A stretch of DNA of 64,000 nucleotides. Origin: Cyanophora paradoxa CCMP329. Lineage: Eukaryota > Plantae > Glaucophyta. Position 1 is the first letter of the stretch. Each line of letters begins with the position of its first letter. The notes under the pieces are model-generated. The model was not told the origin of the DNA and ran no database searches. It saw only the letters and a list, made by a program, of their open reading frames with translations. Positions 22,434 through 34,715 of this stretch are shown here, piece after piece. The position numbers and the translations under genes were made by a program. Location: positions 104,470-168,469 of the forward strand of contig QPMI01000623.1 of the NCBI GenBank assembly GCA_004431415.1, written 5' to 3'.

Positions 22434-23907
22434 TCCGTGGAGACGGGTCATTGCTAGCTATACGAGGCGCGCGTGCAGCCGCTCACCGCCGTGGACGACG
22501 AGGATGCGGTTGGCGATGCGCACGCCGAGCGGCAGCGCGAAGAAGACGTCCAGGAAGGGCTGCCCCGCACGTCGCCCCCGCCCCAGCCCCCGCCCCGCCC
22601 CGGCCCCCGCACCCCCCGCCTCACCTTGTACATCTGCGGCGGCGCGTCTTCAGGCGAGGGCGCGGGTGTGCGGGGGAGGGGCGCCGAGGAAACCTTCTTG
22701 CTGTACTTCCTCTCGACCTCGTCCGCGAACCTGCGCCGGGCGCCTCAGCGCGCCGCTCCACCGCGCGCCGCGAGGCCCGCCGCCGGCGTGCACCCGTACT
22801 GCGCGGCGCGGGTGAGGGCGAGGGAGCGGGAGGGTGCAGCGGGCGCACCGCCTTGGAGCAGAAGCGGGTCTCGTGGTTGCCGCGGGTCATGTGGAGGGAG
22901 CGCGGGTTCGCCAACTTGAGGAGCAGCAGCGTCACGACCACCTGCCCGCGCGCAGGGGCCGAGCGCGGCGGTGCGTCAAAGGCGTCGCGGGGCGAGGGGC
23001 GCGGCGCTCGCCTCGACGCCGTCGTCGCCGCGGTCCACGTAGTCCCCGTTGAAGACGAACGCCTGCGACGGCGACGGGAACCTGCCGCGCCGCTCGAGCC
23101 ACGAGCCTGCGCCGCGCCGGCGCAGGATGCCCGCGCACCCTGCTTTCTGCGGGGGCGGGAAGGGGGCTCAGATCGGGAGGCGACGGGGCCTGCACAAGCG
23201 CGAAGAACCTTGAAGATGGTGAGGACATCGTGGAACTGGCCGTGCGTGTCCCCGCACACGATCACGCGCTGGCCCTCCTGTGGCGCCCCCACCTCCACCA
23301 CGTTATCCTCCTTCTTCAGCAGCGCCAGGCCTGCGGCAGAGCCGGCTCAGAGGCGCGCACGGCCCCGCGGCGAGCTGCCCGCTCGTGCACCCTTCTTCAG
23401 GATCTGCGCAGGGAGGTTTAGAAACGCTGCACGGATCGCAGCCGAGGCGGGGGATGTGCCTGGGACAGGGCCGAGGCGCTCAGCGCTTTGCCTTTGGCCA
23501 AGTCTGCGATCAGCGCCTGTGCCTTCTCCGGGGTCATCGGCCACGAGACGGACAAGCCCTTTTCCTCCTCCTCCTCGCAGCCGTCGATGTCCATCTCTTC
23601 CTCTTCTTCCTCGACGCCGGCGTCGTGCATGCCGCGCCCTTCAGCGCTCGGGGTCCGCGCGCGCGAGGACGATCCTGAATCCACGGCAGAGCTCACTGGT
23701 TCGGGCAACCCGTCGCCGCCAGCTTCCTCATCCTGTGCTGAGTCCCTGCTGTGCCTCCGCCTGATTCGGTCGTCTCTGAAATGCACAGATGCGCGTGCGG
23801 CGAGAGCTGCGCATGCGGGGGGCGCACCCACGCTTTCCTCCGCCGCCAGCGCCGCCGCCCGCGCCCTTGTCACGCTTCTCTCCGCCGGCACCCTTCTTTT
23901 TGCCCAT
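21707..23907 (-). CDS. PPP-family Ser/Thr protein phosphatase, PP7-like
   Basis: GDTHGQ, FNGDYVDRG, RGNHE, VHGG, WSDP, IRSHEGPD (PP7-type) and LITIFSAPNY spread over spliced exons. Confidence 0.9.
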
Positions 23908-24416
23908 GACGAGCTGCTGAGGCGCAGGCTGCAGGCTGCGAAATTCCTGCAATCCGCTGCAGGAATTGATGAAGTTGGACGAAAGTTGAGGTTTGATGGA
24001 CGAAAGTTGGACGAAAGCTCACAGTTGCAGTACCCCTTCACGCCCGCAGATTCGGCGCAGAACGGACAGCTGCAGGGCCCTGCGCGAGCCGGCTACGCCG
24101 ACCACGCCGGAAAACAGCGCTACAGTGAGTCTCCCCGCGCACTGCGCCTTTCAACCCCGCTCACGCCCCACACGGCCAGCCTCCCGCGAACGACCAGGAA
24201 TGAACACGGTGCGCTGCACGAAATCGCGCGTGCTGCGATACAAATGAGCACGACCCCCGCTAGCGCACGTATGCTAGCGCTCGCCTCGCCCCGCTCTCGC
24301 GCGATCTGGACCCACGCCATCCCGGCTGCCTTCGCATTTGCCCGCTCGATCGGCCGCGGTCGCCTTTTGCTTTCGCCTTTGCCCGACTGACGTGCGCCCC
24401 CCGCCCCCGGCGCCAG

Positions 24417-24759
24417 ATCGGCCCCGCCGTCTGGGGTGCCGCCGTCTTGGGGCCCCGCCTCGGGTTCATGAACGAGGGCAACGCGTGCTACGCCATCGTC
24501 GTGGTTCACTGCATCGCCGCCATCCAGACCTTCGTCGCCGCCCTCGGCACCGAGAACTGGCAAGGTGGCGTCGCGGGGAAGCTGCGGGAGCTCGCCTTGC
24601 AGGTGCGCGGGGGGCGCGGCTCCCCTGGGAGCTCGAACGCTCGCTAACGAGGCGAAGGTGTGCGAGGGGCGTCCCAACGGGGGAGGCGACGTGCACTCCT
24701 GCCAGGAGCTCAAGCGAGCGGTGGCGCCCCCCCGGCCCGAGATTTCGATCTCGAGCTAG
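24417..24759 (+). pseudogene. Truncated ubiquitin-specific protease (USP) Cys-box fragment
   Basis: LGFMNEGNACYAIVVVHCI resembles GLxNxGNTCYxNSxLQCL. One intron follows, then a stop after ELKRAVAPPRPEISISS; no QQD box or His box seen. Confidence 0.55.
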
Positions 24760-25220
24760 GGTAAGTAGACCTAGGTTTCGATCTCGAGCTTCGGTATTCG
24801 ATTTCGATTTTCGACGTCACTTGCCTATCTGACTGAGCCCATGGATTCGACCGGCGGCCCACTGCTAGCCAAACAGCTGGAGCTAGTCCAGATGTTGTCG
24901 GTCGTCTCTGAAATTGCAGGCTGAGCCGCTGTACGATATACCCCCCTCATCATCCTCGTCCGGATTCCTGCCAGGCTGGCCATGGTCTTCTAGATTTGGG
25001 ATCACGCGCGCAGCGATCATCGGATCGCGAGTCTCCCGCTATTAGGATTGCGACGCCAAGAAATTGCAAGTTGTTCTCGCGATATCGATCGAAGTCAGTG
25101 TTCTCAAGAGTCTTTTGCTCTCCTTCTAGGCTAGCTCTATCATGCATGGAATATACAGAGCGCTGCGAGCGTGTGCTCTCAATAAATGAATGTGGCGGAG
25201 GGCGAGGCCTAGGGTCGCCG

Positions 25221-28200
25221 TCAGAGGACGACGGTGTATTTGGGGCGGGCGGCGGCGGGCGCGGCGGCGGCGGCGGCGGGAGGTGCGCCGGGGGCGGTGC
25301 CGAAGGCGGCCCCCGCGCCGAGGGCGAGGGGCGCGGGCTGCTGCGCGTTGAGGCCGAGGCCGGGGGCGGGCGGCGCGGGGAGGCCGTCCCGCTCGAGGAG
25401 GGAGGGGCAGCGGAGCTCGCGGCCCCGCAGGAAGCCGAAGCGCGCCTCGCTGCGGCGCCTCAGCGGCGGCCGGCGCAGGGCGGGTCAGCGCGTGCACCAG
25501 ATGCCGGCAAGGTACCGCTCCGTGTAGCCCGAGGCGGCCGTCAGCGCCTCCCCCTGCACCCCGTCACGCCCGGCGGCGGCGGCTGGCGGCGGGGCCGGCG
25601 GGGGCACCCAGGGGAGGCCGCGCTGGCGCAGGGAGAGGAAGAGGGCGGCGGCGGCGACGAGGGACGGGTGCAGCTGCAGCGTGCTGTACTCCCGCGCGCA
25701 CTGCCGCAGCACCTCCTGCGCGCGCCATGAGCGCAGGGGGCGGGGGGCGGGGCGGGGTCGGGCACGGCGGCGAGGGAGGCGACCAAGTCGTCGACGGGGG
25801 CGTCGGGGCCGGCCGCCGCGGGCGCCTCCACCACCGCCGCCGCGCACACCAGCATCTCCGGCGTCACCGCGCACCCCGCCCCGGCCGGAGGCAGCGGCGA
25901 CGGGCTCCGGGGAGGGGGCGGCGGGGGCGGGGTGCGGGGTGCCGGGGAGGGGGCGAGGGGGGTCGGGGAGGCGGAGGGTGTGCGCGGGGGCCGCGGGGCG
26001 GGGCGGGCGGCGGCGAGGAGGTCGGCGAGGTGGCAGAAGGGGCTGTGGTGCTCGAGGTCGAAGGCGAGGAGCTGGAGCATGCAGGCCTCGAGTGCCATCA
26101 CCTCCCCCTGCGTGTACGAGTCGTCCGAGTAGTACACGATGTCCCGCGGCAGGATCGTCCCGTTCGGCACCTGCCCCCCCCCTCAGCCTCCCCGCCGGAG
26201 CAGGGCCGGAGTCGGGGGCGCGGCGGGGGCGCCTGCATGGTGCGGTCTGTCATGCCGAGCTTCGAGAAGAAGTTGTTCGAGGCGAGCATGAGCGCCACCG
26301 CCCCCACCAGCTGCGCCGCGTCAGGCGCGCTGACCGCCGGCCGGGCGCCGGGGGCGGCGGGGCGCGGGCCTGGTAGGAGGCGCGGGAGACGGGGAGGCGG
26401 GAGGTGTAGCGGTCGGTGTAGTGGGCGGCGCGGCAGAGGGCCTCGTCGGGCAGCGCGAAGGCCTCGCAGAGCTCCCCGAGCCAGTCGAGCAGGATCGCCC
26501 GGCAGTGCGAGTTGATCCCCCGCGGGTTCTCCGCCCCCAGGCACCCCGGCGACGGCAGCCGCCGCGGCTGCGCGGCGTCACGGAGGGCCGGCGGCGCGGG
26601 GGGCGGGGGCCGGGGCGGCGCACGGCGCAGGAGTCGTGGAGGATGACGGAGATGGGTTCGGAGGGCGCCCCCGACGCCTTGCGCGCCGCGCGGTGCGCGC
26701 TGGGGCCGGGGCCGCGTCGGGCGGCTCCTGCTCCTCGTCGGAGGTGGTGCGGCGGCGCTTGAGGAGGGCGAGGGCGGGCGCGGCGAGGGCGACGAGGCCG
26801 GCGAGGGCGGCGCCGAGCCGCGCAGCACCGCCAGCCGCCCCAGGGGCCCCGCCTCGCCCCGCCCGCCGACGCCGCCAATGCGGAGGCGTGGGGCACGGGG
26901 CCGGGGCCCGTGAAGGGGGAGCCGCCGGGAGGGAGCTCCCCGGGGGCCTCGGGGAGCGGCCGGGGCGAGGGTCCGGCGCGGCCTTCGAGGCGCGGGGCGT
27001 CGGAGAAGGCGGGGAGCGGGGAGTGGCGGGAGGCGGGGGGCGGGGCGGGCGGGGCGGGGCGGCCGGGGCGCGGGGCCGGGGCGAGGAGCTCGGCGAGGGA
27101 GATGTTGCCGCAGAGGTTCACCTGCAGGGGCGCCCGGCCGCACGCGCAGCGCTCGAAGGCCGGCACGGGCACGTCCAGCGCGTGCTCCTCGCCCGGGGCG
27201 GCGCCGTCGAGCAGCGGGTGGTGCACGAGGGCGCGCATACCCCGGCAGCACCGCCCCGACGTCGCGCACGCCCTGCCCCGCGCGTCAGACCGGCGGCGGG
27301 ACGAGGGGGCGGGGGCGGGGCGCGCGTGGTGGCCTCGAGGAAGCGGACGAGGGCGGCGACGCCCTCGCGCCCGATCGCGTTGTGCTGCAGGTCCAGGTAC
27401 TCGATCGTGCCCCCGGCCGCCGCCGCTGCGCCCCCGCCCCGCTCGCGCCGCTGCGCCGCGCGCGGCGGGGAGTGCGCGCGCGCGGAGGCACCCTCGACGA
27501 GGAGGCGGGCGCCGGCGGCGCGGAGGTCGTTGTGCGCGAACCCGACCCGCCGCAGCGTCCGCGTGCTCCGGAACGCCGCCGCGTACTCGCTCACTGCCGC
27601 CCCGTCAGCCGCGCCGGCGCGGGGCGGACGGCGGGGGCGAGCACGGATGTCGCCGGGGGCGCCGGAGCTGCTGGAGGCGATCCAGTTGCAGGAAAGGTTG
27701 ACGGAGGTGAGGGACGGGGAGCGGGCGAGGCCGCGGGCGATGGCGAGGGCGCGGCGCCAGCCGCCGATGGAGGAGCGCTCGAGGTTGAGGGAGAGGAGGG
27801 CGCGCGCCCCCTCGAGGGCCTCGAGGATGGCCTCGGGGCGGTCGTACGAGGTCGAGACGACGTCGTTGTACGAGAGGTCCAGCGAGGTCAGCGCCGGGCC
27901 CACCAGCAGCGCCGGCAGCGCAATCTTCCCCGCCGCGATGTTCTCCTGCGAGTTCCCCAGCAGCCCGCAGTACCTGCCCGCGCTCCCGTCAGGCTGGCGC
28001 GCCCGGGGCGGGGGGCGGTTCGGAGGGGGGGACCGGAGAGAGAGGCGGGTGAGAATGGGGTTGGTAGAGAGGGAGGCGGCGAGGGCGAGGACGCCGTCGC
28101 GCCCGACGGGGTTGTTGGAGAGGTCCAGCGTCCGCAGCGTCCCCGCCGCCCCCAGGCCGCCCGCCCCGCCCGGGGCCCGCACGCGCGGCACCAGCTGCGG

Positions 28201-29524
28201 AGGGCGTCAGCAGGAGGCGGGATTGAGGGCCGGGGCGGGGCGGGGGGCGCGGACGCCGTCGTCGCGGGGCTCGCGGTCGGGCCAGCGGAGGAGGTCGGCG
28301 AGGGCGGCGGCGCCGGCGGCGGTGATGGCGTTGTGGGCGAGCCCGAGGTCCGTGAGCCCGCCCCGCCGCCCAGCGCCGCCGCCAGCACCAGCGCCCCGTC
28401 GTCCCCGACCCCGTTCGACGCCAGCTGCAGCGCCGCCAGCCGCCCCGCCCCCCCCAGCGCATCCGCCACCGCCCGCGCCCCCGCCAGCTGCAGGTTGTTC
28501 CCCGTCAGGTCCAGCCGCGTCAGCGCCGGGCGCGCCGCCAGCAGCCGCCGAAGAGCCGGCAGGTCTGCGGGTCGGAGTCAGGGGCGGGGTGGCGGGCGGG
28601 GGGGGGGGGGGGCGAAGGTGCGGGCCGGGGAGAGTGAGGGCCTCGTCGCAGATGGCGAGGGAGGTGAGACCGGGGCCCGCGAGGCCGCGCTCGTCGGCGA
28701 GGGCCGCCAGCAGCGCTCCCGTCGCGGCGCGCTGCCGGTTCGTGAAGTGCGCGTGCCGCAGGTTCGGCAGCCGGGTGCCGGGGCGCGCCACGCAGGCGAG
28801 CTCGCAGTGGAGGGCGCCGAGGAAGGGGCCCGAGAAGGGGAGGGCGCGCAGCGAGTCCGGGAGGGGCCCGCCGGGGGTGGCGAGGGAGGCCTCCTCGGCA
28901 AGAGCGCGCTCGAGGACGTAGCGGGCCCACGAGCGGTGCGGGAGCAGCAGGTGCGGGAACTCCGCGTGCGCGTGCTCCGGGCCCCAGCGGTACGCCTGCT
29001 TCGCCGGCGCCTCCTCGAAACGCGGCCGCGGCGTTCGCGACGCCAGCCCCGGCCACAGCTGCATCGCCTTCTTCGCCCACAGGTCGTTCGAGCGAATGAC
29101 GTGCCACCACGCAGGGTTCGCCAAGGCCGCGGCCAGCAGGTCCGGGCCACTCAGAAGCAGAAAAATCAGCTGCGCTCACGAGAGCAATGCGTCAGTCTGA
29201 ACTTCATATTTATGTCGATGTTGATCTCTGATTCTCGCACCTGGTAGAGCTCCTGAGGAAACTGGCCGTCGACGAACGCAGACCTGCGTTCAATTGCAAG
29301 CTCCTGCGTCAGCGGGTGAGCGTGCAGAGCGGAGCGCGTATGGCGCGCCGAGACACGTCGCTTGCAGCGGAGATGCATGACGCTGCGTCCTCGTCGTCCC
29401 GTGCGTCCGGCGGGGGGGTCGGAGGCTTGTCAACCTCCCAGGGCCTCCAGGACCTCGAGCCCATTCGCCCTCCACGAGCTGGGCCCGACACCGAAGCGTC
29501 CCTCGAACTGTTGTCACGTTCCAT
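25221..29524 (-). CDS. F-box + RNI-like leucine-rich repeat + cyclin-box fusion protein
   Basis: F-box FPQELYQ|LIFLLLSGPDLL...WWHVIRSNDLW; LRRs (LRTLDLSNNPVGRDG, LTSLDLSYNDV, YLDLQHNAIGREG); cyclin box RAILLDWLGEL...DRY...YQLVGAVAL...EVMALEACML and C-lobe PSLVAAAALFL. Confidence 0.75.
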
Positions 29525-30369
29525 CTGCGCACGCGCGTGCAAGGCTAGGTCATCCAACGAAAACGGCGGTAGATCTTTGCCCCGGCACTTCAAAGCAAAG
29601 CCCAGCGCCTAGCTCTAGAAGGCCAAAAGCTAAGCAAAAGCTAAGAAATTGAATCGCAATAGAAATACCTCGATTTCGCTTTCGCGAAACCCGGGCAACA
29701 ATAGATCAAATCTTGTGCCGGGTCGAGCACGCCAGCGAGCTCGGCGAGCTCCCGCTAGAGGCTGTTCTCCCAGCTCTGCGCATGGAGCTCCTGCCGCGCT
29801 CGGCGGCGCTCGGTCACAGGAGGAAATCAGGAGGGGGGGTCGGGATGCTGGCCGGGTACTCTGTCTAGATCAGCCAGGCTGGCGTCGCGGCGCGCGCCCT
29901 ACCGTAGTACAGGTTCAGCCATAAAGCTTCAGCCTCACGCATCGCGCCCCAGCCCCCGGCGCGCGCCCTATATTCTAATCGCAGGTTTCAATAGGCGCCG
30001 ACGCCGCGGAAAGTCGCAAAGTGGGCGCACCACCAGCTGATAGCTAGAGCATGCGGCTTTGGACCTCTAATCGCAGCATCTATAGCCTGGTCGTAATCGC
30101 AGCTCAGCAAGCGCTGACACACGCGGCCGCGGCCACGGTCCGCCCGCATGCGCAGCGGATTCAAGCTCAAGCGCTACTAAGCTAGCTAGTGCGCGCGCGC
30201 TATAGCCCGACCTCTACGCAGCCTACAACCCGGGCGGCCGTTGCGCGGCTTGCGCTACGCGGACACCGCGTGCTCGGCAAGATCGAGCAAGCCCAGCTGA
30301 AGCGAGCGAGCAGCCAGTGCAGGCCGGCCCCAGCAGACAGCGCGCGGTGCCGACAGTTCTTACGGCGGG

Positions 30370-31090
30370 CCCAGCGGAGACATTCACGCACGTCTTCCTA
30401 TGCCCGGGGCCCCATGCAGTGGCGCACCGCGCGGAGACCGCCCGTGAGCTGAATCGCTTCCTGCGGCGCGTCCACCGCGAGGCTCACGGCTCCCAGCCCA
30501 AAAACGTCGATCCAACGCTGGCGCTCGCCTCCGGTCTTGTGCCCGCCTACCTGCGCGTAGCCGACGATGACGCCGCAGCGCGCAGACTCGACGACGACCC
30601 GACCGTCTTCCCGCGGCTCTGGGTACTCCAGGGCGTCGCTCCTACATCGCTCGAAAGCGACCTGATCCGTCGGCTCGACCTCGATCCGCGCCGCGCTCCC
30701 CGCACGGCTAAGCGCGTGCGCCAGATGCTAATAGAACGCGCGCGTCGGCTCTGGTCCAACAGGTGTGCGATCAACGCCGCATGGGAGAAGGATTGTCGCA
30801 TCTCCCAGGCCTCCAAACGCCGCCCGCGCCCGCGCCGCACAGGGGCTAGAGCTAAAGAGCGCGCCCGCGGCCCTCGTGCCCCGATAGAATACTGCCCCGC
30901 CTGCGACGGGCCCCTGCACCTCCATAACGAACTCCGTGCAGCCCAGAACGCTGACTGCCCGCCGGAATACCGAGGATGGAAGGCAGCACTTCAAGCCCAA
31001 GAGCTCTACGACAGCACCAAGGTCCGCCCCTGGAGTCTGCCCCCCCCGGCCGATTAACCTACCCTCGTAGGGGGGGGGGGGGGGGGGGGG
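30370..31090 (+). mobile_element. Probable 5'-truncated non-LTR retrotransposon remnant (C-terminal zinc-knuckle region) followed by a poly-G tract
   Basis: Intronless ORF with ETFTHVFLC and ARRLWSNRC, resembling the ETxxH..C / WxxRC tail of LINE ORF2. Codon usage is less GC-biased than host genes. No RT domain in the window. Confidence 0.5.
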
Positions 31091-32470
31091 CTACCACTGG
31101 AGGAGACGCGGAGACACGGAGACTCCATCACTACGCCCACTGACGACCTCACTCTCAACCTATCACCTACGGCCGCTCGCCGGGCCCTCGCGCCCGCCGC
31201 CGACCCGCCGTCGCCTGCGCGACTTGCGCCTCCACACCTCCCTCGCTACCGCCGATACGCTCGCCTCCTGCCGCCACCGCTGCTCTTGCTCCCCCTGCCC
31301 TCTCTCGCCCGTTGCCCCAGTCGCCTTCCCCCACGGCCCCACCCTCCACCCCCTCTGCCCCTGCCATTCTGCTGATCTCCCGCTACCCCAGGGAGGGGAC
31401 GGTGGTGCGGGCTGCCAGGTGGAAGGTCGTCAGTCGGCCGCTGAACCCACCGGCGCCTGCCCCGGCCACGCGCCAGGCCGGGGCGGTCGGACCGCCGCGG
31501 AGGGGGCTCGTCATTGCCCGCGGCGGGGGGGAGGCGGTCGGCGGGCGGCTGGAAGCCCGGCGGAACGCGCCACTGGAACCTCCCTCCTCCCGACCGCGGC
31601 TGCCCGACCCGGTCCTCCCCCGTCCTTTCCCGCCGCCCCACGTCGCCCCATGCCGTGCCCTCCTCCCTGCCCCCGTCCCCCCTTCCCCCGACCAATCTTC
31701 CCCGATGCTCTGAACCCGGCGGCTCCACCAGGCTTGCTCTCGCACGAGCGAGCCCCCGACCCGACCCGCCGTGCCGACGACACGGCGGGCCGTACTCTAG
31801 CGTGTACAGCGTGGCTAGATTATAGTGCACCTTCTCGGAGGCCCTAGCTTACTAGGCATAGCGCTAGCTACAGCTGCAGCTCACTCCGCTGCCCACCTCT
31901 GATTTCTACTCTCGTCCCTGGGTAGTCATCCCCTCTCCCGCGTAGGATCTTTCCTGTGCTGCAGCTTTAGAATTAGCCCCCGGGGTAGCTTCTCCAGTTA
32001 TTTCCACATCCGAGCTCCACCCGGTCCGATGTCCGAAAGGCTTAGTCCCGTAGGCTCATCTCTCGACTTGACACAGATGGACACCTCAGTTATATCTCTA
32101 GCCATTTGTCTCGGTGTGTGCGAATTCGATTCCCGTAGCGCGCGCTATAGCTAGCGCCCATGTATACAGGCACATGCGGCCAGCGCTAGCCGCTAGCGCT
32201 GAGCTGCAGCTGCAGTGGCTGCGATCGCGACTCGAATTCGAATCGATCTCAAAGTGCGAGCTCGAGCTCGAACTGCTCTCGCGCGCGGTTCCACGCGCAT
32301 ATATAGGATCAACATGTTCGAGAGCTTGCAATTGAGCTCGCTCAGACGGCTTTCGAAACCTTTCTGTTGCATGTTTTTTTCTGGTAAGAGAGGAACGGCA
32401 TTTAAAGAAGAATGGGAGGGGCAGCGGGGCGCGGAAAGTGGTGGGGGCTGTGTGGGGCGGGGCAAAGGGG

Positions 32471-34567
32471 TCATGGAGGGGGCGCTCCCTTCTCTTCCTC
32501 GTCCTCGCTGCTAGAGGGGGGGGCATCCTGCATGCGGCGCGCGGTGAGCGTGGGCGAGAGGCGGGGCGGTGTGGGCCAGGGGACGGACGGGAGGGTGGGT
32601 GGGGAGGGGCACGGGGGGGAAGGGCGAGGCGGCGAGGACGGGCTCGAGGGTGAGCTTGGGCACGGAGGCGCCGCTGGGGCGCAGCGCCTCCTGCGCCCCG
32701 GCCCCGTCACGGCCGGCAACGAGCGCCGGCGGGGCAAGGCCGCGGGCCCCGGGGACGCGCCACCTTCAGGGCCCCGGCGGGGGGCGACTGCTCGGGGCCG
32801 GCAAGGGCGGCGCCGAGGCCGACCGCGACGCGCTCTGCAGCCGGGTGACCTGCCCCCGCCCCGCCCCGCCTCACCCGGCGGCGGGGCGGCGAGCGCGGGG
32901 GGCGGGGGCGCGCCTCGAGGCCGAGGCGGGCGTTCTCGGAGGACATGCGGTTCAGCATCACCTCCGAGCGGGCCCATCTGCCGCCCCTCAGGCCCCGCCC
33001 CCGCCTTTCCCTGCCCCCGGCCCGCCGGCGCGCACTCGCGGGCCTTCTCCTCGGCCTTGCGGAGCTTCATCTGGAGCTGCGGGGGCGTGAGGGGCCGCGC
33101 GGGGCGCGGGCGCGGGGCCGGGGCGCACGGCGCGGTTCTCGGAGGCGAGGGCGCGGTGCTTCTCCATCCACTGCTGCGCATCCCTCTCCCCCGCCCCCGC
33201 CTCCGCCCCGCCCCCACCCCGACACCCCGCCCTGCTCCGCCTCGGCCCGCGCCTGCTCCGCCTCCGCGCGGGCGCGCTGCAGCTCGGCCTGGGCGGCGGC
33301 AGCGGCGGCGGCGGCGCGGGCCTCGGCGTCGGCGAGCTGGGCGGCGGCGGCGTCGCGCTGGGCGGCGGCCTCGGCGAGCTTCTTGCCCATGGCGTCGCGC
33401 TCGGCGCAGGCGAGGGCGAGCCGCTGCCGCGCGTGCGAGAGCTCCTCCTCCAGCGCCCCCGCTCCCCGCGGCCCCGCTCCTCCCCGGCCCGCGCCTCCCC
33501 AGCTGCCCTTCCCTCAGCGCTCCCCGGCGCGCGAGCCCGGCGGGGCGGAGCGGGGGCGACGCGCCTGCGCTGCCAGGGCGTCGCACTGGGCAGCGAGCGA
33601 TGCGGCCTGCGCGGGATTAGCGGGCGGGGCGGGGCGCAGAGCGGCGCGGCGAGGGCGGGCCTGCTCCCTGAGGCGCGCCGCCTCCTCCGCGGGGCCGCGC
33701 GCGGCGGCGGCGGCGCGGGCCTCGGCCTCCTCGAGGGCCGCCCGCGCCGCCTGCAGCTCGCCCCGCGCTGCCTCAAGCTCCGCGGCGAGCCCCCGCGCCT
33801 CCCGCTCCTTCGCCTCCGCGCGCCGCTGCGCCTGCGCGGCCGCCTCCTGCGGCCCCGCCGCCACGGCGCGCGCCCTGTCAAGCTCCCCCTTGATCTCCGC
33901 GCGCTCCGCCTCGGCGCGCTCGACGGTCTCTATCAGCAGTCGGAGCTCGACCGCCTGCTCGTCGATCAGCTCCTGCAGCAGCTCCGAGGCCTGCGCGCCC
34001 GTCAGCACTGCCCAGCCCCGCCCCACCCCGGACCCGGCCCCCGCCCCGACGCGCCTCGCGCTCCTGCAGCGCCAGCTGCAGGCGACGGTTGGAGGTTCGG
34101 GGGGAGAGCATCATCAGCAGCTGCTGCTTCGCCCACTTGCTCGTGAGGAACCGCGAGTTCGCCTGCGACGTGCGAGCTTAGCTGGGCGCGCATGGCCCCG
34201 TGCGCGCGGCCCGAGCACCAAATCGTCCACCAGCTGTCTCACGACGGCAATCATCTGCGCGAAAGCAGGCGGCGAGGTGAGAAAGTAGGCGCGCGCAAAG
34301 CAGCGGCCGAAGGCGGCGCGGCGCGGCAAGCGATGGTGCGGCGAGGTAGCCACGCCGTTCGTGAAACACAGAGAGGAATCTCCTACCTCGGCTCGTGCAA
34401 GCACCTCCATCACCTTCGAATTCACGGGGTTTTTCGACGCGAGCTCCATCAACTGCGACGCCAGGGAGTTAGCATCGCGAGTGCGCGTTCCCCTCTACAC
34501 GGCGCACCCTCGACCCCGCTCCGCCGAGCGAGGTCAACTCGCCGCCGGCGCCCCCGGAGGAGAACAT
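32471..34567 (-). CDS. Hypothetical coiled-coil protein (paralog of the 34716-37323 gene)
   Basis: Heptad-rich exons (ELLQELIDEQAVELRLL, RDAQQWMEKHRAL, MLNRMSSENARLGLE|VTRLQ). Confidence 0.65.
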
Positions 34568-34715
34568 TGATGCCCGCTTTCTACGCACTCATGGCACACA
34601 TGCGTTTCCTGCGAGTCCTAAACGTTCGTTCGGCGAGCTCGCTGGCTGCGTGGTAGCCGCGGTAACTGGCGTAACCAGGCGGCTCCGGTCTGGGGTACCG
34701 GCGTCTTTCTGTGCC

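Noticed and set aside
31138-32097. Hammerhead or twister ribozyme in the retroelement tail (CTGACGA near 31140, stems near 32005-32090)
   Set aside because: No GAAA core or closing stems follow the CTGACGA, and I could not build the twister pairings.
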